Assembly (NCBI RefSeq): GCF_964194025.1
Contig: NC_134470.1
Location: 36,580,001-36,644,000, forward strand
Length of the DNA: 64,000 bases
Origin: Convolutriloba macropyga
Taxonomy: Eukaryota
Direction of reading: 5' to 3'
The translations under genes and the position numbers were made by a program. Positions 39,960 through 52,642 of this stretch are shown piece by piece (positions within the stretch are counted from its first letter, which is position 1; the number at the start of each line of letters is the position of its first letter). The notes beneath the pieces were generated by a model. The model ran no database searches. It saw only the letters and a list, made by a program, of their open reading frames with translations, and was not told the DNA's origin.

Positions 39960-42130
39960 GCGTCAAACTCCTTAAAACAGGAGGATCTGATTGTGGATTA
40001 CAAACTTCGACAAAAAGATTCTAACTTTTTCCAATAGATCGAAGAAGGGCAAGCTCAAACAAATATATTACAGCTATTAGCATGTTATCGCTAGGCTATC
40101 AAATTAAATAACGACTATGGCAATTCCACAGCAGCAACTGATGCCTACAATGTTAACACATCAGAAACAACGCAGATCTGATTTTTGACCTCAATAAACC
40201 AGAAACATTAACATTCACACGCCATTTAGGCACCAAACGGAGACAATATTAACAAAAATGATCACAATTAGAACAAAAGCGCCAGAAAGTTGGTAGCTTA
40301 TGTAACAATTAAAACCAGATCTTGAAGAGATAGCATTCCAAAAAACTAGCAGAAATTTAGAAATAAATGCACATATATTGCTTTAACTCCAAAATTTGTT
40401 CATTTCGCTCAGCCTATTTTCTGGCTTTGAGAAAAGAAATATACTTTATTTGACATTCACTGAATTAAATTTAAAATTCAGATTAAAAAGCATAAGAGCC
40501 CGCATTTCGTCAAATACGAAAATAAATTTAAAATTATTTCGACATTCTCAGCCTTAATGTCTTCTCTGTTGAAGTTTGTATCAAAAAAATCCATCAGCTA
40601 TTTAGTAAAACCTGTAATTTAATGAAGTAATGACAGATAACGCTGAAAAGGCAAAAAAATGCTTCACTGAAAAATACTTCATAGCGAATTCTAGACAAAA
40701 ACATCTAGACAGAAACTACGAAACAAAAGGGGGTAAGCGACGGGGTGGGGGGATAAACAAAATCCGCCGTCTTCACAATTCTTCAAGAAATCGAAGAACG
40801 GCTCAAATCAATTATAGCTAATGTTCTCACCAGGCTATCAATTTAAAGGCGGTTGCATTGAAGCAACCACTACGGGCCATGTTAACAAACACTAAACAAC
40901 GCGGCTAGAATAATTTTGACCTGAACAAACCCGAAACATTTCCAGGCCAAGGCACATTCACAGGCCATTTCGGCACCAAACAAAGACAAAACTGAGAAAA
41001 AATGTAGAACAGCTTCAAAGTGCTGGTAGCTAAAGTAACATTTAAATCTTGAAGATAGAACTCTTCAAAACAACTAGCAGAGCTTTCACCGAATTCAGTT
41101 CAAACTCAAAAACAAAAGCATTAGACCCCGTATTGTGTCCAATACGAAAGCAAAATTACAGAACTATAATTTCGACATTCTTTTGTCTTACTGTCTTTTT
41201 GCTTTTGGTCAGTTCATATCCAAAATCTACCAGCTACTTGATAATACTTGTAAATTTATAAAAAGTACGATACGTAGAGCTGAAAACGGTGTAAGCAACC
41301 GTTTACATGCAGCAAATGTGTCCCGTTTCGGCGCGCAATTGCCCGATTCAATGCAATAACTCGCGAAAACATCAAAAATCCGCAATTCTAAGCCTCTTCC
41401 GCTAATGATCTCAATCAGGCATTTGAAAAACACTTCAAAGCAAACCTTAGAACAAGACGTAAAAGTAAACACGAGACAAAAGGGGGTAAATATCAGGTTG
41501 CCGAACAAAAGCCGCCAGTTCCAATAGTTTTTATATTCTTTTCACCAGATCGAAGAACGCCAAGCTCAAACAAATTAAATACTAAGAAACGTGGGAAAAA
41601 ATGTTTTCTACCTCAATAGACTTAAACATCAACTTTAACAAAGCATTTACGCACCAGGAGCAATGTAACAATCATAATATATATGAGTATTGGCAAGCTT
41701 TAAAAACTAGCAGAACTTTAACAATAAGTGCCAATAAATTAAATGCGAAAAATTCTTGCTTTTACTTGCCTCATTTTTCGAGCGCTGGGAAAGGACAAAG
41801 TCCCTCAATACATATTCGAACTACATACAAATTGAAATAAAAAAGCATAAGGCCCAGTATTTCGTGAAATACAAAAATCGCACGCAAACCATTGTTTAGA
41901 TATTCTTTTGCCTTGTTTTTTTTGTATCAAAACAAGTGCATCAGCTATTTGGTAACACCTATAGTTTCATAAAATGACTGCAAGCAGTCCAGGAGCCCGT
42001 AAACAAGCAGCAATTATGTATGTTTGGGAGCGCACTTTCCATATTGAATGCAATAACTTGAAAAAATGCAATTTTCTGATTTTCTGCAATTTTTAGATTT
42101 AGCCTTCTACGCAGGTGCTCTCAATCACGC
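39960..42130. repeat. Degenerate tandem array of a ~750-bp unit (about 3 copies)
   Basis: Recurrent anchors: atcgaagaa..gctcaaa (~40038, ~40790, ~41549), gccattt.ggcaccaaac (~40221, ~40964), aactagcaga (~40344, ~41072, ~41704), aaaaagcataag (~40486, ~41841). Confidence 0.65.
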
Positions 42131-42422
42131 ATTTGAAAATAAAAACCTATCAACGTCGGATGCAGTGCTTTCGAAACAACACGCGGTTGTATTTTAATTT
42201 AGAGGGGACGTAGCTTAGAAAGTTTAATGGGTGCAAAAAACTCCCACCCCACAAGGGTTCGATCCCTCGGCCTCCAGGGTACCAGATCCACTTAAATTAT
42301 TATCTCGCAATCTTACATATTACCAAACTATTTCAGAAACAGTGCCAGAAACAGTGTATGTTTGGGAGCGCACTTTCCATATTGAATGCAATAACTTGAA
42401 AAAATGCAATTTTCTGCAATTG

Positions 42423-42473
42423 CGTAGATCCATTTGTTCTCAGTTGGTCCCCACGAGACCAGTTCTGTATCCT
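42423..42473 (-). pseudogene. 51-bp copy of NDPK C-terminal coding sequence
   Basis: Matches 45311-45361 with one mismatch. Confidence 0.9.
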
Positions 42474-42652
42474 CAAAAAGATATTAAGCGCGAAAAAAGT
42501 CAAAGAATATTTAGGAAAGCGCAAAAACATTCATGCAAAAAGTTTGCATAGACACGTTTAAAATAATTTCTTCAACTTCCATCGAGAGCAAAAAAACTAC
42601 TTCAAAGCTGTAGAACAAGACATAACAAACTACGAAAAATGGGGGGTGAACA

Positions 42653-42918
42653 GCTATTTGAACAGGTTCCAAATTAAAACATGCAAGTAGGTGGTGATCT
42701 AAGGGTATCGGGAATCCAAAATTTTCAACGTTTATTGGCCGTAATCAGTTGTTCGTTTGGTGAAATTTTCATATCCTTTCCAGTCCAGTGAAATTAAATC
42801 AGTCAGTCCAAGTTGCCCATTATCAATGCATCGGATCAGTTCTTAATAGTTCGGGATATAATCTATTCGTAGATCCATTTGTTCTCAGTTGGTCCCCACG
42901 AGACCAGGTCGGTATCCT
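42653..42918 (-). pseudogene. 266-bp copy of the NDPK last ~18 codons, stop codon and 3' flank
   Basis: Matches 45096-45361 with one mismatch and includes the AATAAA signal. Confidence 0.92.
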
Positions 42919-45173
42919 CAAAAAGATATTAAGCGCGAAAGAAGTCAAAGAATATTTAGGAAAGCGCAAAAACATTCATGCAAAAATTTTGCATAGACAC
43001 GTTTACAATAATTTCAACTTCCATCGAGAGCAAAAAAACTACTTCAAAGCTAACTGTAGAACAAGACATAACAAACTACGAAAAATGGGGGGTTACAACA
43101 GGGGGCAAATTGAACTTCTGATATACCTCATGTGCTTTACCCTCCCTCCAGCATTAACATTTGACAGATCATTCTGGCATCTGCCGACTTTTACGAAAAA
43201 CTGACCATTGAGTGATAGAAATCAGAAATTTGGGAAACTAAATTGCAGAACACCTGCATAGTTTCAAGCATTTCATATCCATATTACACAACAACAATGT
43301 CAATGGCACTTTTGCCATACGGGCTTATAAGTGCCATTAAGCCCTACTATGAATGTAGTTTAAACGCATAACGACTAGAAAACAGCAGTTAGGATACTGT
43401 TCGTTCGCCCGGCGCATATTTTTCCTTCGAAGTCTGACGATGAACACTGCCAGAAACACTCAACAAACGTTCAAAGACAGCAAACGTTGAAATGATCTCA
43501 AACCAATAGCATCTTTAAATAGGCATTTACAGCCCAAAGAACTTCGACTTCAAGCTCAGCGTAACAAGCACATGAACACATGTTGTATGCTATCCAAACT
43601 TAGTTCTGTTTTTTTAACATAGCCGCCTTCCATGGAATTTAAACTGATGAATTAAGATTGACCACCAGTGCTTTAACAGACCACTAGACTTTTTGGGTTA
43701 GATTCGAACTGTCATTTTTATGACACATTCGCTCTATAAGGAAAAACCTTTCAAAATTATTCGCAGTCAAAAATTCAAGATTATAATACTCAAGAATTAG
43801 GGCTAATGTTCATAAAATTCATAAAATTTCATAAAGTGAGTTCAGAAGTCATTTTTTGAGGTAAGGCACGCAATTGACCAAAAGCAGAACAAATGACGTC
43901 CCAACATTGAAATTTAAAAAGTCAATGGTCGCAAAGATCATCGATTGAGACGAATTAAAAATAACATAGGACAAATCCTGACGTACAAATAAAGAACTTT
44001 CTTTGACTAAATAAAAACTAAATCGAACTGACGAGTGAATTGGAAAACCTATTTCAAAATATATTTCTAACTCAGTTAAAATATTTAAAAACCTGAATAT
44101 CAATGCAAAATACCCCATGTGAACAAAAACCACTCGCGAGAAAGAAATTTGGTTCAAACAAAAAACAAGGCTCAGAATGAACTATGAATGGATTGGAAAA
44201 ACTATTTAGAAAAATCCGATTCAAGAAATCGAAAAAAGCAGTAAACATTAAAGTGAAAGTGCCGCATGTTAAAAAACCACTAGTGAGAAAGCACATTTTT
44301 GCTCAACCACCATTTTCTCACTACTTTACATCTCTACTTTAAAACTAGAAAAAATTTCACTCCACAAAACCACTCGCTTTTTCGCTCCACTTCCTGTTTC
44401 GGTGTGACCAAAATCACTACTCATAAATCATGAAAATGTGTGAACAGATCTTAAAAAAGGACAGTGCCCCAATACAATTCAAATTCAAACTGTAAAAATT
44501 GAAAAATACAAGATGTAAAAACCACGATGTCCCCAATATAGCCGCTATCCTTTCGCGGTCATTAACAATCAACGTAAATTTTTTGCATTTTTGAACTGAC
44601 GACAGCTCAGTGCCTTTAAATCTTCATATTTAGCAAAATTCTCGGCTGACCATTATCTCCTACCCATTAATGTATAACTTGGTCCTCTTTTTTAGGAAAT
44701 TCAATTTATCGTGGAAAACATGCACATCACTCAGATTCATCTCAACTAGCTAAGTTTATTGGCTCCTCTCAGTACCGTTTCTGATCTATAATTCTGTTAA
44801 TTAGAGCCTTAATTGCAGTCATAGCACCTGCTGGTGGTGCCTGTAAGAGACCGAAAAAGCATATTTGTAAAGCATATTGGCACTTAATTTGAATGGCGAC
44901 CTCCTTCGTTACTTTTTATCGGTCCACTTAAAAAAGACAGTGACTTCATTGTTAATTACCACACAGTGGAAGCGATTAACAAACACTTCGTCATTCGTAT
45001 ATAAAGATGCTTAGATAATATAACCAGATATCAAAAGCACCAGCAAGTGCACAGGGTTAATATTAATTAACTTAATCGTGAACATCATTGATGACGCTAT
45101 TTGAACAGGTTCCAAATTAAAACATGCAAGTAGGTGGTGATCTAAGGGTATCGGGAATCCAAAATTTTCAACG

Positions 45174-45179
45174 TTTATT
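45174..45179 (-). promoter_or_regulatory. Candidate polyadenylation signal of the NDPK gene
   Basis: AATAAA on the minus strand ~127 nt after the stop codon. Confidence 0.5.
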
Positions 45180-45305
45180 GGCCGTAATCAGTTGTTCGTT
45201 TGGTGAAATTTTCATATCCTTTCCAGTCCAGTGAAATTAAATCAGTCAGTCCAAGTTGCCCATTATCAATGCATCGGATCAGTTCTTAATAGTTCGGGAT
45301 ATAAT

Positions 45306-45526
45306 CTATTCGTAGATCCATTTGTTCTCAGTTGGTCCCCACGAGACCAGTTCGGTATCCTTGAACCACAGGGCAATTTCCTTCTGGGCACTGTCAAGGG
45401 AGTCACTTCCGTGCACAATATTCCTGCCGATGTCGATACAGTAGTCACCTCGGATGGTTCCGGGTGCTGAGGAGAGAGGGTTGGTCTCACCCAGCATAAT
45501 TCTGCCTTGTTTGATCACGTCTTTGC
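45306..45526 (-). CDS. nme: Nucleoside diphosphate kinase (group I, NME1/2/awd-like), exon 2
   Basis: Acceptor ttttcAG (45528-45527). (G)[72 protein letters not shown] contains the catalytic N-x-x-H-G-S-D motif and the C-terminal WIYE. Confidence 0.97.
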
Positions 45527-45929
45527 CTGAAAATTAGGTAAATTAGATCACGCTAAGCGTCTAGGACATTCACAGTAGGTTGGATTCTTTAAAAATTCGC
45601 GTATTTAAACCCAGTCGAAACCGGAATTCACAAAATGCGGTGATAAACGAAATATCGTCCACTGCAGGGCTAGCAAGCTAGTTAACTTTCAGAATCTCAC
45701 GAAATTTTCATGCAAATGACTTTACATCAAAGGAAAACCTTAAAACTTGCGATAGCAATACTTCAAGGCCGAAACCTTGAAAATCAATGCACCTCGACAT
45801 ACAGGGAGTGTAAATATTGCAGCCGGCGATTTGAGTATCAAGAACCTCTAGAATGAACGGTTTCGATAAAAAACGAATTTTAACACAAAAATTACCTCGC
45901 TGCTAAATTAAAAACTGAATTGAACTTAC

Positions 45930-46164
45930 CCTCCCAGCACATAGCGACAACGGGTCCACTGGCCATGAAGCTGACCAATCCGGGGAAGAAAGGCTTGCCC
46001 TTCAGGTCAGCATAGTGCTGTTCCAATAGAGCAGCATCGGGTTGCATAAACTTCATCGCCACCAGCTTGTATCCCCTCTTTTCAAATCGCCCAATAATGT
46101 CACCCACCAGTTTTCGCTCCACACCGTCGGGCTTGACCATGATGTAAGTTCGCTCAGTTGCCAT
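45930..46164 (-). CDS. nme: Nucleoside diphosphate kinase, exon 1
   Basis: [15 protein letters not shown]...[30 protein letters not shown]|GTaagt, phase 1, 403-nt intron. Spliced CDS is 456 nt = 151 aa + stop. Confidence 0.97.
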
Positions 46165-47552
46165 TTTAAAGATTTGGTTGGATTCAGCAATTCAAATATC
46201 GGCAGTTCAAAGTGCGACGCAAAGCAAACAAATCTGAAACGTTGAAAGAGAAGCATTAGCTCTTACTTAGTACGCAAACCGGTCATTGTCGAGATCAGTT
46301 CAATTACGTGAATTCAAGGTCAATTGACAACGGTCTTCGCTTTTCTTAATAATCGCTGCGTAACAAATGATAACTCCTAAGTGTTAGAGCGGGTGTTTAA
46401 GTTTTGTTCATTGAAATACCGGAACTTGCGAACTTGCCCCAAATTAATAGTTCAAAAATACACCAGCGGGGCAAAAGCTAATAAATATTAGAAGCACAAA
46501 ATTGTGACCAATGATGAAGTCAAGTCTCGCCTACACAGTAGGAGTTATTCAATATGCATTAGGGCAATCAATTCCGTACAGAACAACACGACTTATTGGG
46601 GGCCACATAAAAGTAAAAGGTACAGCATATAACAACTATAAACAATAGACCACCAAATAGCTCGCTCAGGCCACCGGACCACAAAATGTTCAGGAGAGCT
46701 ATTATTCTACAGGACCTAAATTAAGTATAAATTGCACGAACTTGGTTGGAATAAATATAAACCTGTAGCAACCATACTAGGAAGGGTAGCGAGGAAATTT
46801 GAGATTAAGTCTAATTCCACTAGCAACTAAATTGAATTTGCCTCAAGAGCATTTATTTAAGAGCAAAATGTTATGTCACAAACAATTCCTACATTCAAGT
46901 TGTAATATGACCCTGAAACTCCAAATAGAACAAAATTGTCCAATAGAAAGTGAACATTCCTCCATAACTTAGGCTAAACACAAAAAAAAATCTGTAAGCA
47001 ATATATTTATTAAAGTTGTAAATGAAAAAAAATCTCGGGAATTTTTTTGAACTCAGTGCTAAAATTGATCCAAAAGCCATTAGTTCTTAAAGACATACAA
47101 AACAGTATAAGTTCGTAGACAATTTCAGTAGCCAGTCCTGTTTTTTCTGGTGACTTCTCGCATTTTACACAGCCGTATACATAAAACATACACTGTGCTC
47201 TAAGTGTAACCTCTAAGTGTAACAAACGAAATGTTTTTGTTGACCAGTCCTATTCAATTAAATATCAAAAGTAATCCCCAATTTTAGCATTATATGATTA
47301 CTTACAGTAGAAGACATCAATTAGTTAATATAAAAATTATAAGTTTTGAAGAGGTCAATAAAACCTTACAACAAAAAATTTAGATGCAATTAATAAAATT
47401 ACAGTATTTGAAATTCATCAATCAAAAATACAACGATCGCAATACTAATGTAAAATATGAAAAACTAAATAGGAAATATAGTTAGTTTTATTATTTTGGT
47501 ACCGAAACAAAATTTATTACTATAATATATTGACCAAGTTTTGCTACTTCAG

Positions 47553-47806
47553 GCCTGGTCTTACCCTACAACATAGTAGTGTCAACAACTGCAATTAACT
47601 GCCGAGACCTGAGCACCACGGCCCTGATTGACGTCATGCGTGCTGTGAACGACTACTGCGAGGCAGTGCCCGAGAGCACAGTGTACTTGCGACACGCCCC
47701 CCTGGACACGGAGGAGAGCAACACACCAGTTAAAAATATGGTGGAGGCTATCAAGAAATGGAAAGGCAGATCGGAGCAGGAAAAGCGAACCGGAATGTTC
47801 CATTGA
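47553..47806 (+). CDS. Putative terminal coding exon of an unidentified gene (copy 1)
   Basis: Acceptor ttttgctacttcAG (47551-47552). GC-rich island with many C/G-ending codons. Phase-1 frame xLVLPYNIVVSTTAINCRDLSTTALIDVMRAVNDYCEAVPESTVYLRHAPLDTEESNTPVKNMVEAIKKWKGRSEQEKRTGMFH*. No family recognised. Confidence 0.5.
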
Positions 47807-49828
47807 GTAAACAAAACAACAGTTACAAATGTTTCAGTTCAAACCAGAATATTTGCAACCAAGTTAAAAGCAACAATATTTTCACAATTTTGAGTATTGC
47901 TGTCGAACTATTTTGTAAGAGTACTAACTAGATTCTGAATGTAAATTTGAAAGTTATATTATGGTTTCAACTTCTGACGTCAATATCCGAATTTTGCGCT
48001 CCAACTTTGCAACGGCCTAAGTTTATACATGTTACCTGTAAAGTTCACAATTTAAATTGAATGTTTTGAATTGAAGTCTGACTGGAAGACAGCTTTGCTT
48101 TCCAATCCACAGCATGTCCGATAACACAGGTCATTTGTGTTTGTGTAGATTGGCATTTACAGTGTTTATCAAATATTTCACCCATAGGTGAGAAGTCTGG
48201 GATAAGATTTATGACCTAGTACACCCTTTGCAGCCTTAAAACGTTGCAAAAGTTGCAGCGACCATAAGTACCATAAGTGGAGTACTCCGCGCCTTACTAA
48301 GCAAGGATTAAATGGGCTATTTAGATTATAGTTGGACTAACTCAAAAGCGAAACAGAAAAATGAAACCAGGCGCGTTTCTAACAACCATAAAACAAAAAT
48401 AGCCAATGCAGGAGGAAACCACGACGAACCAGGCCACTGGAACAGTTTTGCACTCTGTTCAAATCTATATATGCACTCTATATCTACTTTTTTATCATAC
48501 TAAAGTCCCGTATGATAAAAAAACTTGCACTCGATTACAATTCGAATTTTCATTTAAAGAGAGTAACAGATACAAACACGTAACGGACACAAATGTAGTT
48601 CGCTAAAAGTCACTAAAAATTGCTTTTTTACTTGAGGCCTGATCAAATCTTCGAATAAAAAATTTGCGCAGGCGATATTTAACTGAACATAGCAGCAAAT
48701 ATCATGAGAAAAATACACATAGTCTGCTTGACAAACGAAATTGACTAAACTAATGAACTACATCTCGAAATAACCAGTAAAAACAGCAAACATAAATCAA
48801 ATTCCAGCAAGTACGCAAAACAAATTATCAAAAAATCGAAACTTTTCAATCAACATTTCACTGGACTTAAAAATGCGTAATCAAAGTTACCTTTCTCATT
48901 TGGTTCAAAAAGCAACACAACGTTTGAACATATCTTAAAACAGAGCAAAAAAATAAAATGACAGGACAGCTCTTCAAATACGATCCACAGAAAATCGTAC
49001 CTCACAAAATAGACCATCAAGCGAAGCATTACCTTCTCGAACTCTCCCAGAAAAAAAAGATGTCATCATAACGAGGAAAGACAAAACGAAAACAAAATGA
49101 AGAAGAGCAAATACTGACTTCCAATGATTAGAAAACTTGTTGGAAAAGTTTCAAAATTGAAAATTGCTGCTCAACTACTGCCAAACAAAAAATCAAACTG
49201 TTAGAGCGCATCAGAGTCAACAGGAAAAAAACAACAGCGAAATCCGAAACAAATATTACTAACCACTATTGGATTTTCGGAAATTCGGTCACAGAAAAAA
49301 AACTGCCATCAACAATTCGACCTCTTCTGTGCATTTTTGGCAACGCTCGATCATTGGTATTGGAAATTAATAGGTACCGATTGACAGTCTAACCAAAAAC
49401 TACTAGAAATTAAATTATTAAAAATACAAAAAAAATCCAATCAACACAATTGTCTAAAAAGAATTGTCAATTGTCTAAAAACTACTGTAAGGAACGCGAT
49501 TTCATAAACCAAAAGTTATCCGATAAAACACATTCTTTAAAATCGGCAAGAAATTTCGCGCTCTAAAATTTTGCTCATTCGTTTATTATTTTGTTTTCAA
49601 TAAAGTTAATTAGTTAAAGTTAATAAGAAAATTTGATTTCTCGTTCTCATTGAGATTTGAAAATCTAAATTGAAGTCCGCATTTGATTCCTCATTGACCT
49701 TGAAAATCGAAATTATATCTTGTTTTGGATTCGTTAAAAAATCTGACAGAAATATAGTTAGTTTTATTATTTTGGTACCGAAACAAAATTTATTACTATA
49801 ATATATTGACCAAGTTTTGCTACTTCAG

Positions 49829-50082
49829 GCCTGGTCTTACCCTACAACATAGTAGTGTCAACAACTGCAATTAACTGCCGAGACCTGAGCACCACGGCCC
49901 TGATTGACGTCATGCGTGCTGTGAACGACTACTGCGAGGCAGTGCCCGAGAGCACAGTGTACTTGCGACACGCCCCCCTGGACACGGAGGAGAGCAACAC
50001 ACCAGTTAAAAATATGGTGGAGGCTATCAAGAAATGGAAAGGCAGATCGGAGCAGGAAAAGCGAACCGGAATGTTCCATTGA
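49829..50082 (+). CDS. Identical second copy of the putative terminal exon
   Basis: Same sequence at +2276. Confidence 0.45.
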
Positions 50083-52084
50083 GTAAACAAAACAACAGTT
50101 ACAAATGTTTCAGTTCAAACCAGAATATTTGCAACCAAGTTAAAAGCAACAATATTTTCACAATTTTGAGTATTGCTGTCGAACTATTTTGTAAGAGTAC
50201 TAACTAGATTCTGAATGTAAATTTGAAAGTTATATTATGGTTTCAACTTCTGACGTCAATATCCGAATTTTGCGCTCCAACTTTGCAACGGCCTAAGTTT
50301 ATACATGTTACCTGTAAAGTTCACAATTTAAATTGAATGTTTTGAATTGAAGTCTGACTGGAAGACAGCTTTGCTTTCCAATCCACAGCATGTCCGATAA
50401 CACAGGTCATTTGTGTTTGTGTAGATTGACATTTACAGTGTTTATCAAATATTTCACCCATAGGTGAGAAGTCTGGGATAAGATTTATGACCTAGTACAC
50501 CCTTTGCAGCCTTAAAACGTTGCAAAAGTTGCAGCGACCATAAGTACCATAAGTGGAGTACTCCGCGCCTTACTAAGCAAGGATTAAATGGGCTATTTAG
50601 ATTATAGTTGGACTAACTCAAAAGCGAAACAGAAAAATGAAACCAGGCGCGTTTCTAACAACCATAAAACAAAAATAGCCAATGCAGGAGGAAACCACGA
50701 CGAACCAGGCCACTGGAACAGTTTTGCACTCTGTTCAAATCTATATATGCACTCTATATCTACTTTTTTATCATACTAAAGTCCCGTATGATAAAAAAAC
50801 TTGCACTCGATTACAATTCGAATTTTCATTTAAAGAGAGTAACAGATACAAACACGTAACGGACACAAATGTAGTTCGCTAAAAGTCACTAAAATTGCTT
50901 TTTTACTTGAGGCCTGATCAAATCTTCGAATAAAAAATTTGCGCAGGCGATATTTAACTGAACATAGCAGCAAATATCATGAGAAAAATACACATAGTCT
51001 GCTTGACAAACGAAATTGACTAAACTAATGAACTACATCTCGAAATAACCAGTAAAAACAGCAAACATAAATCAAATTCCAGCAAGTACGCAAAACAAAT
51101 TATCAAAAAATCGAAACTTTTCAATCAACATTTCACTGGACTTAAAAATGCGTAATCAAAGTTACCTTTCTCATTTGGTTCAAAAAGCAACACAACGTTT
51201 GAACATATCTTAAAACAGAGCAAAAAAATAAAATGACAGGACAGCTCTTCAAATACGATCCACAGAAAATCGTACCTCACAAAATAGACCATCAAGCGAA
51301 GCATTACCTTCTCGAACTCTCCCAGAAAAAAAGATGTCATCATAACGAGGAAAGACAAAACGAAAACAAAATGAAGAAGAGCAAATACTGACTTCCAATG
51401 ATTAGAAAACTTGTTGGAAAAGTTTCAAAATTGAAAATTGCTGCTCAACTACTGCCAAACAAAAAATCAAACTGTTAGAGCGCATCAGAGTCAACAGGAA
51501 AAAAACAACAGCGAAATCCGAAACAAATATTACTAACCACTATTGGATTTTCGGAAATTCGGTCACAGAAAAAAAACTGCCATCAACAATTCGACCTCTT
51601 CTGTGCATTTTTGGCAACGCTCGATCATTGGTATTGGAAATTAATAGGTACCGATTGACAGTCTAACCAAAAACTACTAGAAATTAAATTATTAAAAATA
51701 CAAAAAAAATCCAATCAACACAATTGTCTAAAAAGAATTGTCAATTGTCTAAAAACTACTGTAAGGAACGCGATTTCATAAACCAAAAGTTATCCGATAA
51801 AACACATTCTTTAAAATCGGCAAGAAATTTCGCGCTCTAAAATTTTGCTCATTCGTTTATTATTTTGTTTTCAATAAAGTTAATTAGTTAAAGTTAATAA
51901 GAAAATTTGATTTCTCGTTCTCATTGAGATTTGAAAATCTAAATTGAAGTCCGCATTTGATTCCTCATTGACCTTGAAAATCGAAATTATATCTTGTTTT
52001 GGATTCGTTAAAAAATCTGACAGAAGATGTTGTGATAAACTTATTAAACTCATTAAATAGTTTCAGGGATGAGCCAGCGAGGAC

Positions 52085-52642
52085 ATGGTGAACATTGTTG
52101 GAGCTAGTGTTCTTGTGAAGGCTAAGAAGTCATTACCCTACACTGCAATGAGGTAGGAAACTGTCAACTATAGAAACCAGATCTTTGCTCTAGGGGGTCT
52201 GAGCTTCAATCACAACTTCAAGAATCTTGTTCACCTTCTCACAAAGGGATCTCTCAGCAGACGCTCAGACATTGTCCTTTGGCACGACGTGATAAGCAAC
52301 TCGGTGCCAAAGCACGACAGCAACCACAACACAGAATTGACTACCGCAGAGCTCGTGACACTGCTGAACAGATTTGCTCCCCAATTCAAAGCAATAATCT
52401 ACTGTCGACGTGCCGGGTCCATTGATCTGTTCCAGACACTTTGCAAAGAGGTAAACGTTCTGATGATTAGTGTTAAACGTATTCTCTGAAAACGCAAATC
52501 GATCTGGTATAACCACCAGCTAACCAAAGTGCACACACATTACACTATCGATTCAAATTTTGTGGAGACCATAATCCACAATCGACAAAACCTGAAGAAA
52601 ATCACCCTGAAAACAAGATCAAAAACAGGAAAGAAGAAATAA
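52085..52642 (+). pseudogene. Interrupted ORF with SGNH/GDSL-hydrolase-like motif order, directly upstream of the LINE ORF1
   Basis: A single frame with two internal stops: MVNIVGASVLVKAKKSLPYTAMR*ETVNYRNQIFALGGLSFNHNFKNLVHLLTKGSLSRRSDIVLWHDVISNS...AIIYCRRAGSIDLF...KRIL*KRKSIWYNHQLTKVHTHY...KKK*. IVGAS, ALGGLS, VLWHDVISNS and xKVH fall in the order of SGNH blocks I, II, III and V (motif-level inference). Confidence 0.5.

Larger units (their letters stand above)
47473..52022. repeat. Near-perfect direct tandem duplication (47473-49748, 2276 bp; 49749-52022, 2274 bp)
   Basis: The ORF track repeats at offset 2276. I found only one substitution (attggc/attgac) and two 1-bp homopolymer indels. 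GAA microhomology at the junctions. Confidence 0.95.

Noticed and set aside
42244-42275. B-box-like gggttcgatccc
   Set aside because: No clear A box or cloverleaf; lies within a repeat fragment also seen near 32260-32340.
42788-43204. 138-aa plus ORF sharing its N-terminus with ORF 45231-45470
   Set aside because: Antisense reading of the duplicated NDPK 3' end running into repeat DNA; not a gene.
47582-47803. Minus-strand 73-aa ORF (and its copy at 49858-50079)
   Set aside because: Shadow of the plus-strand exon-like frame, which has the acceptor site and the codon bias.
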